64,000 nt of DNA from the human T2T-CHM13v2.0 reference genome, Homo sapiens, in NCBI RefSeq assembly GCF_009914755.1, contig NC_060944.1, one strand, 5' to 3'. Positions within the stretch are counted from its first letter, which is position 1. Each line of letters opens with the position of its first letter. The notes under the pieces were generated by a model. The model had not been told where the DNA came from. It worked only from the letters and a program-made list of their open reading frames with translations, and made no database searches. Positions 58,811-64,000 of this stretch are shown in pieces. The translations under genes were made by a program, and so were the position numbers.

Positions 58811-61800
58811 CCCATCTAGTCAGGCCTAGTATGACCTTGGATAAGCTAATTCACTTCCGGGATCCCTAAATCTTCACCTGCTAAATAAGCATGTGGATTA
58901 TATTCCCTTCCAAGGAACTTCTGGCTTAAAAACTCCACAATTAAGATTTCTGCCTGTCTGAGATAAATGTTGGTTCCCTAAAGAGATTTGGAAAATAAAC
59001 TATAGCTATTAATAGCTTCCGATAGACAATTTCAGGCAGGAGGTAAAGAAGCAATTACACAGTGCACATCTCATGCCACACCCGGCCTTCGTATGCTGAT
59101 GGATTCAGGTACAGTGTGGTTCTGCAGTTCCCTTGGGGAATTTTGTTTCTCAAAGCCAGGGACTGACTGCTCCCACCACGGCCTCTGCTACTAGGCAGGA
59201 ACCTGTCAGAAATCAACCCAAGCAATGACTTCTTTTGGGAAACAGAGTCTCCAGAATTTGAGGTAATTCAGGTAAATGTGGCAGATGGTAGCATCTCAAA
59301 TTGTCATTTCTCCAAAGAAACCTGGCAAGGGTGATAACCTCTGGTGGCCTGAATTTAGAGTTGAGCAATAGTAAGAATATGGCAGGTGTAATAGGTTGCT
59401 ATTGAGGGGAGCAGAAAGATTTGGGGCAGAGCACTCCCTCAGGTATACAAAGAACAGGGGCCATGCCCATGGTTGTAGCTTTGGCTCCAAGGAGGAAAGT
59501 AAGCATGGAGGGCTTCCAAATTGGACTAAAGCCATCTCTGGCTGAATTCTGGGTGCCACATTCTAATGAGAGGGAATTAAGGGGTAAGACTTGACCTCAT
59601 GTCATCTCTTTACAGTGACCTTAAAAAGCACATCACCTTCCTTAGGAGTAAAATTCTATTAGTAGAACCAGCCAGGAAAAAATAATGCATGCGAGTGTGT
59701 TGCATGGAAAATCTCAGAAACTTGGCCAAGAAAACTGAAAGATCAAGAACCTGAGTAAAATTCATCGTAACAATAGAAGATAATGAGAAAAAACACAAAA
59801 CTTCAAAATAAAGTAGTTAAGTGTATGTATTGAGGACATGGGAACAACATTTACGCAGGTGAGCATCAGAGAAGGAAAGGCCTGTTTTTTGAATGCCAAC
59901 TATGTGCCAGGCACTGTGCTAGGCACTTTCCATTCATTATTTCACTTCACTCCCATAAAATACATATGAAGTAGCATTGGCGGTCATTGCAGTCACAGTA
60001 ATAATAGGAAAGCACCAGTAATTAGAAATCATAGTGTTTTTCAAATCTTTTTGTGATGAAAACATACCCCGGGTTCAGGGAGGCAAGCCTACCAAATTCA
60101 AAAGGCATGAAGAGAAAAATGAGAACTCCTATAAACTCATCTTTAGATATGAGCCTGATGCCAAAGCTCCCACCGCCATAGCATCCACATTACCATCAGA
60201 ATTAAGGGGTCCTTTCTATGAGAGTCATAGTCCTTGCTCAGGTGATTTCATTGGTTTCCAGGACCAGGATTTCAGAAATGACAATGGATTTTTTTTTCTT
60301 CATGGTCCAGAAAGTCTTGGTCAAAAAAACAATTTGGTTACTCACAGTGACAGAAGGCCCCTGGCTGGGGCTCTCAGAGGGAATCCATGCTGACCACTCC
60401 CCATGACTTCCCCCACATGACAATGGGCTAAGTGGGGCTCTCATGCTTCCCTTCTGACCCCTCTCCCCTCTCCTGACTCACCAAAAATACAAAGTCCTTG
60501 GGTACCTTCAACATATCTAGAATCAGCTTCACACTGCTCTGGCGTTTGTTCATTCATCAGTTCGAGCCCCTGTTTTGGGTCAGACCCCATGCTAGGAGAT
60601 GGGCGTACGGGGATTTGGCAAGCTGCCTAGTCTGGAGGAAACCCATGGTCCCTGCCTGCCATTCCATGACTCTCTATCCCACCCACCTGTTCAGGTTCAT
60701 TCTCCCAGCACCTTCTGCCAATGTGACAATAGAGTTTGCGGTCTCCAAGAACCAGCCCTCTGGGAGTGGCTAGTGCTTTGCTTGACGGGGACCATCAGAT
60801 TCAGCTCTCATCCCTTGTTACTATGAAGGTAAGGATGAAGATGCCCCTGTGGGAGAAGGGGGCTGCCTAAGACCAAAGTGTCTAGACACTGGTAAGCAAG
60901 CAGCCCACCCCTCCCTTGCCTGAGTGTGTGAATGTACTCAGGATCCTCGGAGCAGTCAGACCAGTGCCTTGCTCGATGTCCACTGTTGTTTCTGTTTCGG
61001 GTGTTCTTGCCCCTCAGAGGTCCAGACTGGGGAAAGCTAAAGGGCTGTCTTGTGTGGTAATGGCCAAGTCACTTCTCCTTCTGGATCTCAACTGCCTTCT
61101 CTGTAAAATGGGAGTGTTATATTGGTTGGTGATCCAAGGTCATCTTTTCCATATATGCAGGTTTATGATTTTATATAAACCTGTTTCTCATCCTAAATCA
61201 TAATTATAATCATAAATTGAAGGGCGTGCATGTGTTTCTGTGTGTGCACATGTGTGTGACAGAGTGTGTGGTCTGAGAAAAATCTGACTCTGAGTTTTCT
61301 ACGAATGCTCCAGAGAGTACTTAAAAAAGTCTGGAATCCTGGACTCTCCTTGTTGAGAGGGCACACACCTGCTATACCCACGTGGGTCACACAGCCCACC
61401 TGCTGCACAAGCAATGGAGGAAGGGCATGGCAGAGAACTCCCTGGGTATGAGCTGGATGCAGGAGTCCAAGACAGGCATGAACAGAGCTCTGTGATCTGG
61501 TCTGGAGAAATGGGACATGTATGGAGCACTTGGTTAAGGGCAAGCGAGATTATCCCAGAACACCTCAGGAAATCAGAGATAGCACAAGCTTCTGAGAAAT
61601 GATGGCAGAGAAGAACTGGGCAGGTAAAGAATCAGACCTCCAGCTGGTCCAGGGCTCAGGGTTAAACCCAGGGGTGCCCTCAAAGAACAGACAAAATCCT
61701 TGTTCTCAGTCATGAGACAGCCACACCTACTTGGCCCAGCATAGGTCTATTAAAGACAGAACTTGCAGGGGTCTGCAAGGGAAGCTGAGCATCCTGCAGC

Positions 61801-62864
61801 CCCCAGGGACGCTACAAGGCAGCTGAGGGCCTCAAAACCTTACCACCATCACGCCCACCACCCACCAGCCTCCGTGTGTCACCCAGAACCATGGATGCCC
61901 TCACTTGCTGCCTGCTCACTTCTCCTACTTTGATAAGGTCACTCGCCATGCTTTATAACGCAAAAATAATATTCCTGCTGCCATTGCAAATTATGTCTGA
62001 ACTATCCACCCTTCCCATCCTCATGCAGAAAGCAGCTCTGCAGGGGAGAGGCATGCCGGGCTGCAGTTACAAGGCTTATTAAGACACCTAATGGAACACC
62101 TTGTGGTGACCGCCCCCTCTGAGGAGAGCTCAGCAAAATGCATCACAGAAGCAGATGTCAGGCTTAAGGCAAAAGCTTCCAAAGCACTAAAGCCATACAT
62201 GGAAGGACTGAGACTGGCCCCATCTGTACCAGATGTTCGCCATGGCTGTGGTGCTGGGGCTCCTCACCCTTCATAAGCAAACTACCACAGTAATGATCTC
62301 ACATTCTTGGCTTCTAGGGGCTGCAAGAAGAGGCACTCTTGCTTAATACAAAGCTTGGGACAATGGCTACAGGCATTTGGTGAGCCTCAAACACCATAGG
62401 GGATAAAGTTTTAATTTAAGTGAATGAGTTGCAAGCCCAGCTGTCTGGGGAATGACCTCTTTAGGGTTCTCTTCGCTGCCCCTCAGGAGCTCTGGTTTCC
62501 CATGTGGCTAGTTGGCTCCTACCTTCTGAAGTGGGGAGCTCTGGAAAGTTGAGATAAGGACTGGGCCTGGGGACAGAGGTTCCAAGAAGGCTACAGAGCC
62601 TGATTTTTTCCTTTGTTTTCCTGTGTCTTAGGTCTCCCTCGAAAAGAATCAATGGAAGTAGGTACCCTAGTGCTGTGGTAGAAAATGTGCAGGAACAAGC
62701 CAGATGCAAACTCTGTCTCTACTCCTTACAAACAATGAGACTCTGGAGAAAACAATGGGGCCATTCTATGCCTGTGTTTTCTCATTTTAAAAATGAGGGT
62801 GGTGATAATAACAGTCTCCTTGTCCTCCAGTTTTTATGAAGATCAAATTAGTTAATGCCTAGAG

Positions 62865-63295
62865 AATCAATCAGGGTCACCCTGGGCATGTTCGAATGAG
62901 GAGACTCCAAGGCAAGTTAACAAAGGGAATATTTACAAAGGTACAAAGCGGGCAAGGACAAGGGTAAGTGTAGCAGAGCACCCACGGGGATGGAAGGGAT
63001 TAGGGGAGGAAGTCGTTAACAGAAGCCAGCAGGAGAGAACAGGGGCGAGAAGATCCCCTTGAGAGGAACAGCAACCTTCAGTCAAGACACACGGCTGGCC
63101 CATAGCAACCACACAGGGAAGGCCCAGGGAATAAGTACACAGAACACTCTTACTCCCCGCCCCCCTCTGATTTCTGGCCATACAGAAGACCAAGGGCATT
63201 GGCAGAGCCTATACAGGCCAGCCTTTCAGGGCAGTGAGCAGGGTGGAGGTGGGTAAAGATGGATTGAAAGGGTCGCGTGAACACCACTAGCACAG
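62865..63295 (-). mobile_element. Old MLT1 (K/L-like) LTR
   Basis: ggccagcctttcagggcagtgagcagggtggagg...gatggattgaaaggg...ctagcaca resembles the reverse complement of an old MLT1 5' end. Confidence 0.45.
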
Positions 63296-63621
63296 CTCTC
63301 AATCTGCCCAGGAAGTAAGCACTCAAGGCACGAGATGTTGCTCCATCCATGGGCATCAACTTGGATATACGTGTTCAGCCCTCATCACTGGGACACTAAA
63401 TGGGGCTTTAGAGTCACATGCCACAGCCATCAATGTCTCTCACAGACCTGTAGCTGCCACAGTTGAGTGATCTGCTGGCTGAAGGGAAGGCCACCCACAG
63501 GTGACACTCCCAGGACTTCCCTGGGCCTACCATGTTCACCTTGAGACTGTTTAGACTTTGCATCAATGACAGGGCAAGAGGCAGTGATGTTTCCATCCTG
63601 TTAGAAAACAGAGGTCTTTAA

Positions 63622-64000
63622 AAAATTTTTTCCATAGGTTTTTGGAAAACAGGTGGTATTTGGGTACATGACTAAGTTATATAGTGGTGATTTCTGAGAG
63701 TTTGGTGTACCCATCACCCTAGCAGTATACACCGTACCCAATTTGTAGTATTTTATCCCTCACCCCCCTCCCACCCTTTCCCCGAGTCCCCAAAGTCATT
63801 GTGTCATTCTTATGCCTTTGCATCCTCAGAGCTTAGCTCCCACTTATGAGGGAGAATATATGATGTTTGGTTTTCCACTCCTGAGTTCCTTCACTTAGGA
63901 TAATGGTCTCCAATTCCATCTAGGTCACTGCAAATGCCATTATTTTGTTCCTTTTTATGGCTGGGTAATATTCCATGGCATATACATGCCATAATTTCTT
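63622..64000 (-). mobile_element. L1PB1-like 3' end, continuing beyond the window
   Basis: acaggtggtatttgggtacatg...gtggtgatttctgagagtttggtg...gagtccccaaagtc...cttatgcctttgcatcctc. Confidence 0.9.

Overview
Primate (almost certainly human) genomic DNA, dominated by interspersed repeats. The only supported coding sequence is one 272-bp internal exon on the minus strand (6996-7267). It encodes part of the MAM domain of receptor tyrosine phosphatase rho (PTPRT, exon 3 from my recall of the gene). The rest is intron: 7268-64000 lies upstream of the exon and 1-6995 downstream. Nearly all other ORFs in the track are chance ORFs or decayed L1, MaLR or Alu fragments. I found no new protein-coding system. 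The most unusual structure is a ~20-kb nested retroelement stack (~31.4-51.4 kb). It holds (i) a near-full-length L1PA8A-like element with a 15-bp TSD, a perfect 27-bp internal duplication and a possible short 3' transduction, and (ii) an apparent U2 snRNA-L1 chimera, in which U2 nt 1-60 is fused to a multi-kb L1. That L1 was later invaded by a THE1 element and then an Alu, and was trimmed by a microhomology-bounded deletion. An old L1 with a 5' inversion (twin-priming signature) sits at ~28.0-28.4 kb. Repeat family names come from remembered consensus sequences, not a database search. Boundaries without a stated TSD are approximate.
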